Source of the DNA: Antedon mediterranea
Taxonomy: Eukaryota > Animalia > Echinodermata
Length of the DNA: 64,000 bases
NCBI RefSeq assembly: GCF_964355755.1
Contig: NC_092677.1
Span: 28,445,175 to 28,509,174, forward strand
Direction: 5' to 3'
Positions 38,591 through 51,657 of the stretch are shown in pieces (the stretch's first letter is position 1; every line of letters begins with the position of its first letter). The position numbers and the translations under genes were made by a program. The notes beneath the pieces are model-generated. The model was not told the origin of the DNA, did no database searches, and was given only the letters and a program-made list of their open reading frames with translations.

Positions 38591-41500
38591 ATGGTAAGTA
38601 TAATTGTGAATAATGTATGAATAATTAGACAGGTTTTCTGAGTCGTATTACTTTGTTTTCGTACAAAAAAGCTAGGCCTAGCTTAGGCCTATTGTAACTC
38701 TCTTTTAACAATGATTTCCGTTTTATCCATGAGATTCCTCCTCGCGATATAGGAAAGTGGGAAGGGGAAAGTACCTGTGTTTTGGTGGTACAATTAACAG
38801 ACAGTAAAGGCTTTTTCTAGTCGCAGGCCCAGTAACTTTGTGTCATTTATTTATTTATTTATACTATTGTATATTTTTTGTATTATCTATTTTACTAAAG
38901 GATACAGACGATGCTATTAAAACAAAGAAATCGTCAGGTAAGCATAAATTTCTGTTGCATTCAACACTTCTATTCTACGTTTAAAGGAAAGGAACACCCT
39001 AATATCTTACCTAACTATTATAAAAGTAACCCTACCAACTTAATATTCAGCACAATTTATGTTTAAATCGGATTTGTAGTTTTCTAGTAAACAGGATTTT
39101 AAAGCTGTTTTCAAGACATTTGAAAATCGCCATCTTGTGCTCATGGCAGCCTGTTTGTGACGTCAGATACGGCCGACGAAAATGTTAAGATTCGCGGTTG
39201 CATTCAGCGCTTCTATTGGCTAAGCGAATCCGCTAATATGATTGGCTAATAACGCGACATGCGGTCATGCAGGACGGCGATGACACGGTATGAGCATGCG
39301 CTGGCTTGGTAAACAAACCTTCGATCGATCTTTTCTTCTGCAAGCCAATTCGTAAATCTTTCAGCTATTGTTAATCTATTGTTACTTTTATTGCCTAGCT
39401 GTTTGAAACGGGATTTGGTAGGGGAATTAACTGGCAAACGGAGGCTGTTGGTTGACGATGCAGTGTCTACTTTATTTTCGTTCAACACGAGTTCTAGGCC
39501 TAGTAAGGCATACAGTACAGATACACTGGCCGAAAGTACACCATTCTTCGACGGCTTGTTATGCTCGAGAATGTTCTTCTTCTCTTCTTTTTTCCTCATC
39601 AGCACGACGCAAAACTAACTCTCTTTCTGTATATTCTGGTTCCAATTTTTTTGAATTATAAAAACTCCAAGCCATATTCCGAAAATATTAGGTATGTTAG
39701 GCTATTTAATTGATTTTATTTATGGTTATATCCCGCACTTCCATATTGAAATACTGTACTAAGACGATTGGGCGCTTGGATTTGCTTGAATGCGTCCACC
39801 TAATCTGACGTCACATAATTGCTCTTAACCTGTCAAAATGGCGCTGTTCAATTTCCGATATTTTGTCGTTTAAAAGTCTATTTTTTAACTAAATTGCTTA
39901 CTATTGTACCTTGAACCATTGTAATCATGTTTTTATTACATTTATCTATAAGCACAGTGGCACATTTAGCCCAGGGTGTTCCTTTCCTTTAACCCATGTG
40001 TTCCAGCAGGCCCACCAGACGACGCATGGAACACTCTAAACAAAAAAACACAACAATCTAACTGGCGGACTGTATCTACTGTACATCACAGCCACAGCAT
40101 GTTTATAGCGGCAAACTTAACAAGAGCTTCACATTAACTAAAATATTATAATTATACAATGTTTACGCATCATGGCTACATTTTATGGTATGCCTAACTC
40201 TAAGGCCCTATTACTACTAGCCCTGTATTGTAGTAGACATAAATGCAATTCACATGCTATATCTACACCTTCAGACAATTGGGCCTCTGTCTTGGGCATA
40301 CCTACCAAAAAAATCTCGCTAGGAAAATGGTGAGAAAAGATGATCAATAATAAAGAAGTTGTGAGTAAAAAAAAATAAAATTAAAATACGTCATGCTGTA
40401 GCCTATTGCTACAGCATAACGTTGCAAGACCCATACACTGCCTATTCAGCCATTCGACCGGCTTGTGACATAACACATTATATTTTCCCAAAAGCCATAT
40501 AGGCGTGGGTAGCCTGGGGATTGATGCAGCCACTTTGAATAAAATATTTATATTATAATATAAAAATACAAATAATATATATTAAATTTGGTTCAGTTTT
40601 CAATTCTGAAAGAGGCTTGAAACAAAATTTAAAAGCTTAATACTATCAGAAACTGGTAAAAAGAATTATTGGAATACTTGCCAATACTCATGGAGGAATT
40701 CTTTTAAAATAAGGTTTCTTTTCATTGACTACAGAACAAAATACATTTAAAAGTATCAATATTGAGTTCCATAAGTGATTTGATTGTTGCATTTCTTATA
40801 TTTTTCATGATAGATAAAAGCAATTCATCAACAAACCATATAAAACAAAAGATGAGTAGCCCTTCAAAACATGTGAAAAGTAATCATCACACTAGTGATG
40901 TATTGGATAAAAAACCTAATGACAAAAAACACAAGAGTTCTTCTTTAACTGATGGATCATCAAAACCTAAAAATGGAGTATCATCTTCTGGAGATATACA
41001 TAAATCTAGCAACCAGCACAATTCATCAGCCCATTCTAAGCAACATTCAGGAGAAAAGAAATCTAGTTCAAAGACTATTAAACCCAGCAATCAGAAGGTA
41101 GAAAAACGTGTAAAAACAGAACCTGGAGAATTTAAAGTAAAGAAAGAACCAATAAACAGGTAATATTGTACAAAGCTATATTGTTCAAATCTTGTAAATC
41201 CCAAGCAAATCATTAACACTGTCATTTTCTTATTGTTAAAATTACTTGCACTATATACACCAAAACCCTCCCAATACTGAATACCCTTAGGCCTGCTTAG
41301 TATGGGATACCCTTAACCTTGCCTAATATGGGATACCCATATACTTGCCTAATATCGGATACCCATAGGCTTGCCTAATATGGGATACCCTCTCAAACAG
41401 CATCGTGGACCGATGTGCTATGAGGAGAGGTTAAATCTGCCTTCAGTTTCATCTTTGTCCGTTAGAAGAAATAAATTTCTTTTGTTTTAAGGTTCTGGTG

Positions 41501-44500
41501 GGGTTTCTGGACTGCAGCACAGTTCATGACTGTATTTACATAAATAGCCGTCACAATGACCGCCTGTGCTTCCGCCACCAAGCATCAAGGACACAGGCTT
41601 TTTTTCATTCGATAGCCATCAGGTTACCCCGTGTCTGGGATTAGCTTCCCAGACCGTTGACAGATGCTGCAGTCCTAGAAAGCCCATCATCCGTCATTAG
41701 AAACGTGTCTGGGATTAGCTTCCCAGACCGTTGACAGATGCTGCAGTCCTACATATCCATCAGGTTACCCCGTGTGTGGGATTAGCTTCCCAGACCGTTG
41801 ACAGATGCTGCAGTCCTCCTAGATAGCCATCAGGTTACCCCGTGTCTGGGATTAGCTTCCCAGACCGTTGACAGATGCTGCAGTCCTAGAAAGCCCATCA
41901 TCCTTCATTAGAAACGTGTCTGGGATTAGTTTCCCAGACCGTTGACAGATGCTGCAGTCCTAGATAGCCATCAGGTTACCCCGTGTGTGGGATTAGCTTC
42001 CCAGACCGTTGACAGATGCTGCAGTCCTAGATAGCCATCAGGTTACCCCGTGTCTGGGATTAGCTTCCCAGACCGTCGACAGATGCTGCAGTCCTAGATA
42101 GCCATCAGGTTACCCCGTGTGTGGGATTAGCTTCCCAGACCGTTGACAGATGCTGCAGTCCTAGATAGCCATCAGGTTACCCCGTGTCTGGGATTAGCTT
42201 CCCAGACCGTTGACAGATGCTGCAGTCCTAGAAAGCCCATCATCCTTCATTAGAAACGTGTCTGGGATTAGCTTCCCAGACCGTTGACAGATGCTGCAGT
42301 CCTAGATAGCCATCAGGTTACCCCGTGTGTGGGATTAGCTTCCCAGACCGTTGACAGATGCTGCAGTCCTAGATAGCCATCATTTTACCCCGAATCTGGG
42401 ATTAGCTTCCCAGACCGTCGACAGATGCTGCAGTCCTAGATAGCCATCAGGTTACCCCGTGTGTGGGATTAGCTTCCCAGACCGTTGACAGATGCTGCAG
42501 TCCTAGATAGCCATCAGGTTACCCCGTGTCTGGGATTAGCTTCCCAGACCGTTGACAGATGCTGCAGTCCTAGATAGCCATCAGGTTACCCCGTGTCTGG
42601 GATTAGCTTCCCAGACCGTTGATAGATGCTGCAGTCCTAGAAAGCCCATCAGCCTTCATTAGAAAGTTCACATTCATTTTGATTCACTGTATTTTGTCTT
42701 TTATGTGTAAACTAACTTTGGGGTTGGGTCAACCGGCTCAGCTACAGGGAATAAGTTCACTTACTGTAGGTTGACCCTGGTCTCCCCAATTTCATTTTTT
42801 GTTTTGTTATGTATATACTGAAAGAGACTGAATAAATAATGAAATGAAATATGGAATACCCTTAGGCTTGTCTATATTATGTCTGGTTTTCCGGGAAATG
42901 TTTTTAATGGTAATGAAAGAATAGCTTTTGAAATCGGGAAATTTGTCTGTTTTGGGAGTGAACTTTATTTTGTTGTATAATTTTGTAAACCATTACTTTT
43001 TTACAGTTCACCGAAGAAAAAAGTAGATGGACATTCAAAGGATAACAGTGTGGTGGTAAGTTAGTTTATCCATTACTTTCACTTTAGTAATAGTAACAAT
43101 ATTCTGTAAGTAGATAAAATGTTATTATGTAAAAATAAAATTATGATTTAATTTCAGGTTAAATCTGAGAAATGCCTTAAACGTCCTCACTCAAGTGCAG
43201 ATGAATCCAGGTAAGAATGTTGTTGGTGTAGAATTAGAGAATTGTATGTCTTAGTTCTGTCAATGGAATGTTATTCAAGGGTGCACATCTTTGAACACAT
43301 TGTCCCCTTCACCACAAATCTTCAAATCACAATGTTATCAACTTAAACAAAATTGAAACAAATTGATGAAAAGTGTGCCATATTGCATAATCACAAGTAG
43401 GAACAGTCGACGCAACAGTGCTGCAAACATTGCTACAGGCAGTTATGATTCATGCAAGAACAGAGAAAAACATATAAGTTCTGTATGCGGGGATAAACCA
43501 GGTCAAAGGCTATGGCAACTAAACATATACGTACTGTATGCGAGGATAAACCAGGTCAAAGGCTATGGCAACTAAACATACAAGTACTGTATGCGGGGAT
43601 AAACCAGGTCAAAGGCTATGGCAACTAAACATAAGTACTGCATGCGGAGATAAACCTATGGCCGGAAACTGATTTTGGGTTTACAACCCTCTCAAAACAA
43701 ACCCCAAAAAATAATAGTCGTCGTATGTTTGGTAGGAATATAAAAAGTTCTGTAATAAAAGTTGCTTTTTGTTAACATGTGTTAGTGTTAACATTGCTGG
43801 CTGCACCCCTGTTATTAACAGGTTGTGTTGAATTTTTGTATGGATAATATTGTTCCATAAACAAGGGTGTTTGATCATCGATTGCTTTTATTATTATATA
43901 TTATTATGATTATTCACAGCATTAAAAAAATTAAAGTAAAAGAAGAACAGGAACCCAAGAGAAAAGAGGTGAAGACAAAGAAACGAAAATCTGAGGAAGT
44001 GGATGATGATTTTGTAAGTAGTTTTGCATACATTTTCTCTAAAGCCAGTAAGAAATAAAATGTTTTTAATGAGAATAAACAAATACGTTTCCATCTAATA
44101 TTTGAGAAAATACGTGATTTGTAAATTAACCTACTCATGTAGTATGGATGCATTTTTTCTGGGTGTGGTCTCCAAACCTTATGTCAAATTTAATGTGACA
44201 ATTTCTAAATTGTTTTTCAGGTTTCAAAAAAGCAAAAGGACAAAAAACATAAAAAAGCTAGTAAACATAAAATTAAAGGAGAATCAAAAAAGAAAAAAGA
44301 AGAGGAAACTGTATGGAAATGGTAAATAATATTGGTTATTATTATTTATTTTATTTAAATATCAATATAATATATATAATATAATTATAAATGTTAAACC
44401 TTTTGTTTTATCTGTTACTCTGTTTATGGTATTTTATGAATTGGAAAAAAGAGATTTTTAAATTGAGTTTTTACAATTTAACAAAGATTTTACCCCAGAT

Positions 44501-47500
44501 TGTGAGCCACTGCCAAATGTTGTTATGTTTCTTCACAGGTGGGAAGAAGAAGGGCATGCTGATGGTGTTAAATGGAAATTTTTAGAACACAAAGGACCTG
44601 TTTTTGCTCCAGAATATGAACCCCTGCCAAAAAGTGTCAAATTTTACTATGACGGTATAATAAACATTTTGTTGTCAATTATTTTTTATTTGAAACACTA
44701 AAGTAATAAAGAGAAAAAAGAAAAGTGATATTTTTTTCTCAACACATTTGTTGTTCTTTTCAGGAGCTGAAATGCAACTGAGTGTTAAAGCAGAAGAGGT
44801 TGCTGGATTCTATGCACGTATGCTTGACCATGATTATACAACAAGAGATGTATTCAATAACAACTTCTTTAAGGATTGGAGGAAGGTCAGTGACAAATAT
44901 GCACACAATATTTGTTTAATGATACAAATTTGGTTCCTAAATCACCTTATTTGTTAGTATTTGTTTTTTTCGGTGTAAACATATTTCATAGCTTTACCTT
45001 GCTGTTCAGCTTGTATTATACTTATATTCCTCTTAATTCTTAATATATTATTTCAACTCTTAATATTTCATCAATATGTTTATATTAATAATAATAACTG
45101 GTACTTGATATAGCGCAGCCATTATGCTGAAAGCCTCAATGCGCTTTCATTGACAGAAAAATTTAGAAAATTAAAAATTCAAAAGGTGGGTTTTGAGGAG
45201 AGATTTGAAGACACTGGTAGAAGTTGCCTGACGGATGTCAATAGGCAACGCATTCCAACGCATTATTTTAATCAAAAGTATTCTGTGTTTTTATTTTGTC
45301 GTGTCATAATAACAGTTTTTTAATTACCACAGGAAATGACAGATTTGGAACGAAAGACTATAACTACCTTAAAGAAGTGCAATTTTAAGAAAATGCAGGA
45401 GTATTTTCTTATGAAAACTGAAGAGCGAAAAGCGATGTCCAAAGAAGAAAAAAATGTAAGAAACTATTATGAACTTTATTATAAATGTTCAGTAAGTATG
45501 TTAACAAAAATTAGATAAATAACACAATATATTGCAGCCATATATTAGATAAAATAACACAATATATTGCAGCCATATATTAGATAAAATAACACAATAT
45601 ATTGCAGCCATATATTAGATAAAATAACACAATATATTGCAGCCATATATTAGATAAAATAACACAATATATTGCAGCCATATATTAGATAAAATAACAC
45701 AATATATTGCAGCCATATATTAGATAAAATAACACAATATATTGCAGCCATATATTTCCATCATTTATATATAAAAGTTTCAGGTTTAACTAAATTTTGA
45801 AATATTAAAACATTGAGTAATAATTATTATTCTTGCACAATAATTTTGTTTTAGAAAATTAAAGAAAAAAATGCAGAAATACTGGAAGAATATGGCTACT
45901 GTACGATTGATAGTCACAAGGAAAAAATTGGCAACTTTAGAATTGAACCACCTGGTCTGTTTAGAGGAAGAGGAGAGCATCCAAAGCAGGGAATGTTGAA
46001 AAGAAGAACATTAGCTGAAGATGTTATCATCAATTGTAGCAAGTATGTGGTCCTTTGTTGTCAGTGGTGGTCTTTGCATTTGTTATTAATTGTAGCAAGT
46101 ATGTGGTCCTTTGTTGCCAGGGGTGGTCTTTGCATTTTTTATCAATTGTAGCAAGTATGTGGTCCTTTGTTGTCAGGGGTGGTCTTTGCATTTGTTATCA
46201 TCAATTCTAGCAAGTATTCTATTTAATATTTCACTCCCAAATGCTGTCAGTTCTTGCATTTATTAATATTATATTATTATTATTTACCCATTAACACTTT
46301 GTTTCAGGGATAGTAACATTCCAAAAGCCCCAGCAGGTCATAAATGGAAACAAGTTACTCATGATAATAAAGTATCCTGGTTAGCATCTTGGACAGAGAA
46401 TGTTCAAGGTCAAATTAAATATGTCATGTTAGGTGCATCTTCCAGGGTCAAGGTAAAATATATTTTTTCTGAATTAGTTAATATTAAATAAAATCTAGAA
46501 TTTAAATTCTTTTTAATTACAATATAAATGCTTGTTTTTACAATAAAAGAATTGAAATAACTAAGCTTAAATTCTAACATTGGTAATTAGAAAGTTTTTT
46601 CTCTTTTTAGGGAGAGAAAGATTGGCAGAAATATGAAATGGCCAGATCTTTAAAACAGCATGTTGATAGAATTAGATCTCAGTACAGGGAAGATTTCCGT
46701 AGCAAAGAAATGCGTGTTCGACAACGTGCTGTCGCTCTGTATTTTATTGATAAGGTAAGTTTTCCCTACTTTTATGCATTTTTATTAGATTGCATGGATG
46801 ATATACATGTATAGTCAAGTGATTTAATTGAAATCTCTACTACTTACAGCTTGCCCTTCGTGCTGGAAACGAAAAGGATGAAGAAACAGCTGACACTGTT
46901 GGATGTTGCTCACTAAGAGTTGAACATCTAACCCTTCATGAAGAACTAGATGGAAAAGAATTTGTGGTTGAATTCGATTTTCTAGGAAAGGATTCTATAA
47001 GATATTACAACAAAGTTAGTGTTGAGAAAAGGGTAAGTATACAAATTATGTTTGTATTACCTTATATGATGGAAGCATAGATACAATTAATGATTGGATA
47101 TTGTAACATGTATATTGCTATTTTTTATAAACGGCATGTTTGAAATACTAAATTCATGAATTTTTAGGCATTCAAAAACTTGAAATTATTTATGGATAAC
47201 AAGCAACCAGGAGACGACTTGTTTGATCGACTAAACACTACTATTCTAAACCGTTACCTTCAAGAACTAATGGAAGGCCTTACCGCTAAAGTTTTCCGTA
47301 CATTTAACGCATCATTTACCCTACAGAATCAGCTTGATGAGCTTACAAATCGTAAGTAACCCACTCTTCTTAAGCTGTTTGTGTAAAATTACAAAGTGCT
47401 TCATTGAAGACAGGCGTTGTTCTTTATAAGACATAGACGTTGACATACATACAATGTTTAAAATTCCACCACAACTCAACATATCTGAGCTCCACCACTA

Positions 47501-49873
47501 CCATGCTGCCGACCATCTTTAAATAGACAAAAATACTTTATAATTTAATAAATTTATGTTATTCGGTGTGCTCAACAATATGGCTGGATCGAACCCCAAT
47601 TCATTAAAAAAGACTTTTGACACCATTATTATTCGTTTTTCTTTCTTTTAATATATAAAAGCTGATGACAGCATTGCTGCTAAGGTCTTGTCATACAATC
47701 GGGCAAACCGAGCTGTTGCTATCTTATGTAACCATCAACGTGCTGTGCCGAAAACGTTTGAAAAATCTATGACAAACTTGCAAGAAAAGATCAAAAAGAA
47801 GAAAGATGATGTCAAGAAAGTGAAGAAAGAGTATAAAGCCATGAAAGTAGAGTATAAAAATAGTAGAAATGACAAGCTAAAAATGTAGGTTGAAACATTT
47901 AATCATTCTCTTTAGTCGTAATGTGTATAGTACTACTAATATATACTAATGTATATTTATAATGTGTATAGTACTACTAGTATATATACTAATGTATATT
48001 TATAATGCGTATAGTACTACTAGTATATATACTAATGTATATTTATAATGTGTATAGTACTACTAGTATATATACTAATGTATATTTATAATGTGTATAG
48101 TACTACTAGTATATATACTAATGTATATTTATAATGTGTATAGTACTACTAGTATATACTAATGTATATTTATAATGTGTATAGTACTACTAGTATATAT
48201 ACTAATGTATATTTATAATGTGTATAGTACTACTAGTATATACTAATGTATATTTATAATGTGTATAGTACTACTAGTATATACTAATGTATATTTATAA
48301 TGTGTATAGTACTACTAGTATATATACTAATGTATATTTATAATGTGTATAGTACTACTAGTATATACTAATGTATATTTATAATGTGTATAGTACTACT
48401 AGTATATACTAATGTATATTTATAATGTGTATAGTACTACTAGTATATACTAATGTATATTTATAATGTGTATAGTACTACTAGTATATACTAATGTATA
48501 TTTATAATGTGTATAGTACTACTAGTATATACTAATGTATATTTATAATGTGCATAGTACTACTAGTATATATACTAATGTATATTTATAATGTGTATAG
48601 TACTACTAATATCTATACTAATGTATATTTATAATGCGTATAGTACTACTAGTATATATACTAATGTATATTTATAATGTGTATAGTACTACTAGTATAT
48701 ACTAATGTATATTTATAATGTGTATAGTACTACTAGTATATACTAATGTATATTTATAATGTGTATAGTACTACTAGTATATACTAATGTATATTTATAA
48801 TGTGTATAGTACTACTAGTATATATACTAATGTATATTTATAATGTGTATAGTACTACTAGTATATATACTAATGTATATTTATAATGTGTATAGTACTA
48901 CTAGTATATACTAATGTATATTTATAATGTGTATAGTACTACTAGTATATATACTAATGTATATTTATAATGTGTATAGTACTACTAGTATATACTAATG
49001 TATATTTATAATGTGTATAGTACTACTAGTATATATACTAATGTATATTTATAATGTGTATAGTACTACTAGTATATACTAATGTATATTTATAATGTGT
49101 ATAGTACTACTAGTATATATACTAATGTATATTTATAATGTGTATAGTACTACTAGTATATACTAATGTATATTTCTAATGTGTATAGTACTACTAGTAT
49201 ATACTAATGTATATTTATAATGTGTATAGTACTACTAGTATATATACTAATGTATATTTATATAGCAATAGCTGAACAAAAAAAATTCTAATTAAAAATG
49301 GCCCTATATGAGAAAGAAAACCAGCAAAGGCAATTAATTTCAGGCTTATGATGATCATACAACATAGTTGGTTTTAAATGAGCCAGTTTGTCTATAGAAT
49401 ATTGGAAATAGTAGGTATTGTGTGGTAATGCGAAATATATTCTATCTCATGATATCTAGAGCATTGGAAAAAAAGAAAAAACAAGTTGAAAGGCTAGACG
49501 AACAACTGACAAAATTGGAAGTATCTGCTACTGACAAAGAAGAAAACAAGGAAATTGCCCTTGGAACTTCCAAACTTAACTATTTAGATCCAAGAATTTC
49601 TGTTGCTTGGTAAGTTGACAAACTATACACAAATCAAACACTGTGTAGCTATATCAATGCTAGTTTTGTTTGTAAATTATTTGGATTTATTGCCTATTAT
49701 TTATACTTTTTTAATAACGCATGTTGTAAGGTATAATTTTTAAACTGTATTTTTATTTTGTTCTTTAAAGGTGCAAGAAATGGGAAGTTCCACTAGAAAA
49801 AGTGTACAACAAAACACAACGAACCAAATTTTCATGGGCCATAGATATGGCTGATGCTGACTATGTATTTTGA
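38591..49873 (+). CDS. TOP1: DNA topoisomerase I (type IB), complete multi-exon gene
   Basis: Probable ATG|GTAAGT at 38591 and a K/S-rich N-terminus (N-terminal exons less certain). Motifs [68 protein letters not shown], catalytic [10 protein letters not shown] (about 49570). Stop at 49871-49873. Confidence 0.96.
38985..39988. mobile_element. Non-autonomous Kolobok-type DNA transposon in a TOP1 intron
   Basis: TTAA on both sides. Perfect 16-bp TIR AGGAAAGGAACACCCT / AGGGTGTTCCTTTCCT. Subterminal inverted motifs CGCCAT..GTGACGTCAGA / TCTGACGTCAC..ATGGCG. Confidence 0.85.
41280..41390. repeat. About 26-bp degenerate tandem repeat, resuming at about 42848
   Basis: ATACCCTTAGGCTTGCCTAATATGGG variants. 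One more unit follows the inserted 41391-42848 block. Confidence 0.75.
41610..42665. repeat. 67/72-bp two-subtype tandem array with a hairpin, inside a probable LINE 3' remnant
   Basis: Common part GTCTGGGATTAGCTTCCCAGACCGTTGACAGATGCTGCAGTCCTAG. It is followed by a stem-loop and AATAAA..(TGAAA)n tail at 42720-42850. Confidence 0.9.
43478..43657. repeat. About 53-bp tandem repeat, about 3.5 copies
   Basis: GTACTGTATGCGGGGATAAACCAGGTCAAAGGCTATGGCAACTAAACATA repeated. Confidence 0.9.
45088..45262 (-). mobile_element. Short L2 LINE 3' end
   Basis: The minus strand encodes [25 protein letters not shown], then AAAGCGC...GCGCTATATCAAG and a (TTA)n tail. Confidence 0.8.
45511..45755. repeat. 35-bp tandem repeat, about 7 copies
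   Basis: AAATAACACAATATATTGCAGCCATATATTAGATA repeated. Confidence 0.93.
46022..46217 (+). repeat. 56-59-bp array of TOP1 exon end plus donor plus foreign core (4 donors)
   Basis: AATT(G/C)TAGCAA|GTAT with GT at 46043, 46099, 46155 and 46214, separated by GTGGTCCTTTGTTGTCAGGGGTGGTCTTTGCATTT. Confidence 0.92.
47919..49261. repeat. 41/43-bp AT-rich tandem array, about 32 copies, TOP1 intron
   Basis: AATGTGTATAGTACTACTAGTATATA(TA)CTAATGTATATTTAT, containing the palindrome TAGTATATACTA. Confidence 0.95.
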
Positions 49874-50206
49874 TGCTAAAGACTTCCAATGTATAGCTTA
49901 TAGTTTTTATTGTCTAGTTGTTCAACATAAAACATTAAGGTTGAATTATCTTGCCTTGGAAAGTATTGCACAACAATTTTAGTTTGTCATATTACCCATG
50001 TATTGAAATTAAACAAATGTTACCATTTTTATTCAAAAGTAATTGAGGGGTGGTTTTGAGAAAGTAGTGTGCATGCATTGGAAAACATTATGATGCTTGA
50101 ATTCATGCTTGATAAAGCATGAAAGGGGCATTGTAAGATGATCAATAGCATGTCATTTTAAATAATGTAAATTTCAATAGCACTTTATGTTTTGGTTTGT
50201 TTTTAA

Positions 50207-50743
50207 AGATGTATTGTCCCTTGAAACACAAAAAATGAAGGTCAAAATATTCTAAATTTAAATTGGCCATATCAAAGTAATATTAATGTATTGTACTTTA
50301 AGTCGAAAATTCAAGCCAAAAACAACAAGTTTACGTTATTTACAGGTAAATTTATTTGATTACATTTCGTCTGGAAAATCATCGCGAGCGAAAGTAAACA
50401 AAGATTTTCAAACCACGAGTATGCATTATGCATGATGCTAATTAGGATTGTTTACAACTCGTCATAGTTGAGAAGGTATTTTCACACAGATTGCGAGAAA
50501 GTTTTATGATTATGCATACAGAGTAGCCAAACAAGCGCGTTGCATTATAAGATATGTTTTGATCGAAAACTTTGACTGGAAGTCAAAGTTATTTTTTGAA
50601 CAAAAAAACGTCTGTATTTCAGTTTAATGATTTTTTTTTCGACTAATTTTTGGTGAAAGTTAATAACTATTATGATACTTCAAAATCACCCACTTTTTTT
50701 CGAAATCTATTTTTTTGGAATTAGGCAAAGGGACAATGCATCT
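50207..50743. mobile_element. Non-autonomous Kolobok-type element downstream of the TOP1 stop
   Basis: TTAA on both sides. TIR AGATGTATTGTCCC / GGGACAATGCATCT. A related left end lies at about 37839. Confidence 0.8.
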
Positions 50744-51554
50744 TTAAATATTTCCATAATCATTGATTATTGAATTCTTGTCATGTATTTGTTGCACACC
50801 AGTTAATGTAAATAGTTTCTTCTGTTTAATGTTCAGTTGCAGCTTATTTTACTAAATAATAACATGTGAAAACAGGTTATAAACCAAACAGATTACACAT
50901 TTAACATGTGAAAACAGGTTATAAACCAAACAGATTACACATTTTGAACAATTCTGTGACATAACACTTTTACAAATGAAATCTTCACTTTTGTATAAAA
51001 TAAAAAGCAAGGCTTAACCTTCTTGTCAATCAAATTTGAATGTTTTTAAATATGTTTAGTAATAATGTGAACAAAATTAGTGTTACTAATCTTGTTATTG
51101 ATGGTTGTTGTTTACAGATTTGTTCCAATTTTAAAATAACAAATACTTGAATCTTTTTTAATGCTGTATTATAGCTGTATGTGTAGGTAGTAAACAATAA
51201 TGGTGAATCTATTCACCTTATTTTGTAAACATTGTCTGACTATTTTATTTACTTGCTTTAATTACTTAACTTCTTTGTACTGTACTCGACGAAAAATGCA
51301 TAGGGTTTTGTATATTATGTGGTCCATCTAGCCAAAAAAAAATTAAAACAACCAAAATATCAATAGTGTTGTAAAACCTTTTCCAACACAAATTAAAGAG
51401 TCTTTAGTAATGCAAGACGTGAACCAATAATTGACGGAAGAAATAACACAAAACACTGGAAATGACTAATGGAACTTTCCTTTAAATTCAAAGGCATATA
51501 GAAATCATGAGGTTTCTTAAAGTTCTAGAATTTTATAGTATACTTTTTCCTGAC

Positions 51555-51657
51555 CAGCATTATCTTTGGGGTGCCTCTGTCTTGGTTGTTGTCTCTGAGC
51601 ACCTGGTCGTCTGTGGCAAGGCGCTATAAAAATCCTGTTATTATTATTATTATTATA
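51555..51657 (+). mobile_element. L2-type 3' tail (LINE or SINE remnant)
   Basis: GGCGCTATAAAAATCCTG followed by (TTA)n, like the tail at 36560. Confidence 0.5.

Noticed and set aside
39246-39661. Short ORFs inside the Kolobok-type element as transposase
   Set aside because: No recognisable DDE or THAP motifs, and the ORFs are short and overlapping.
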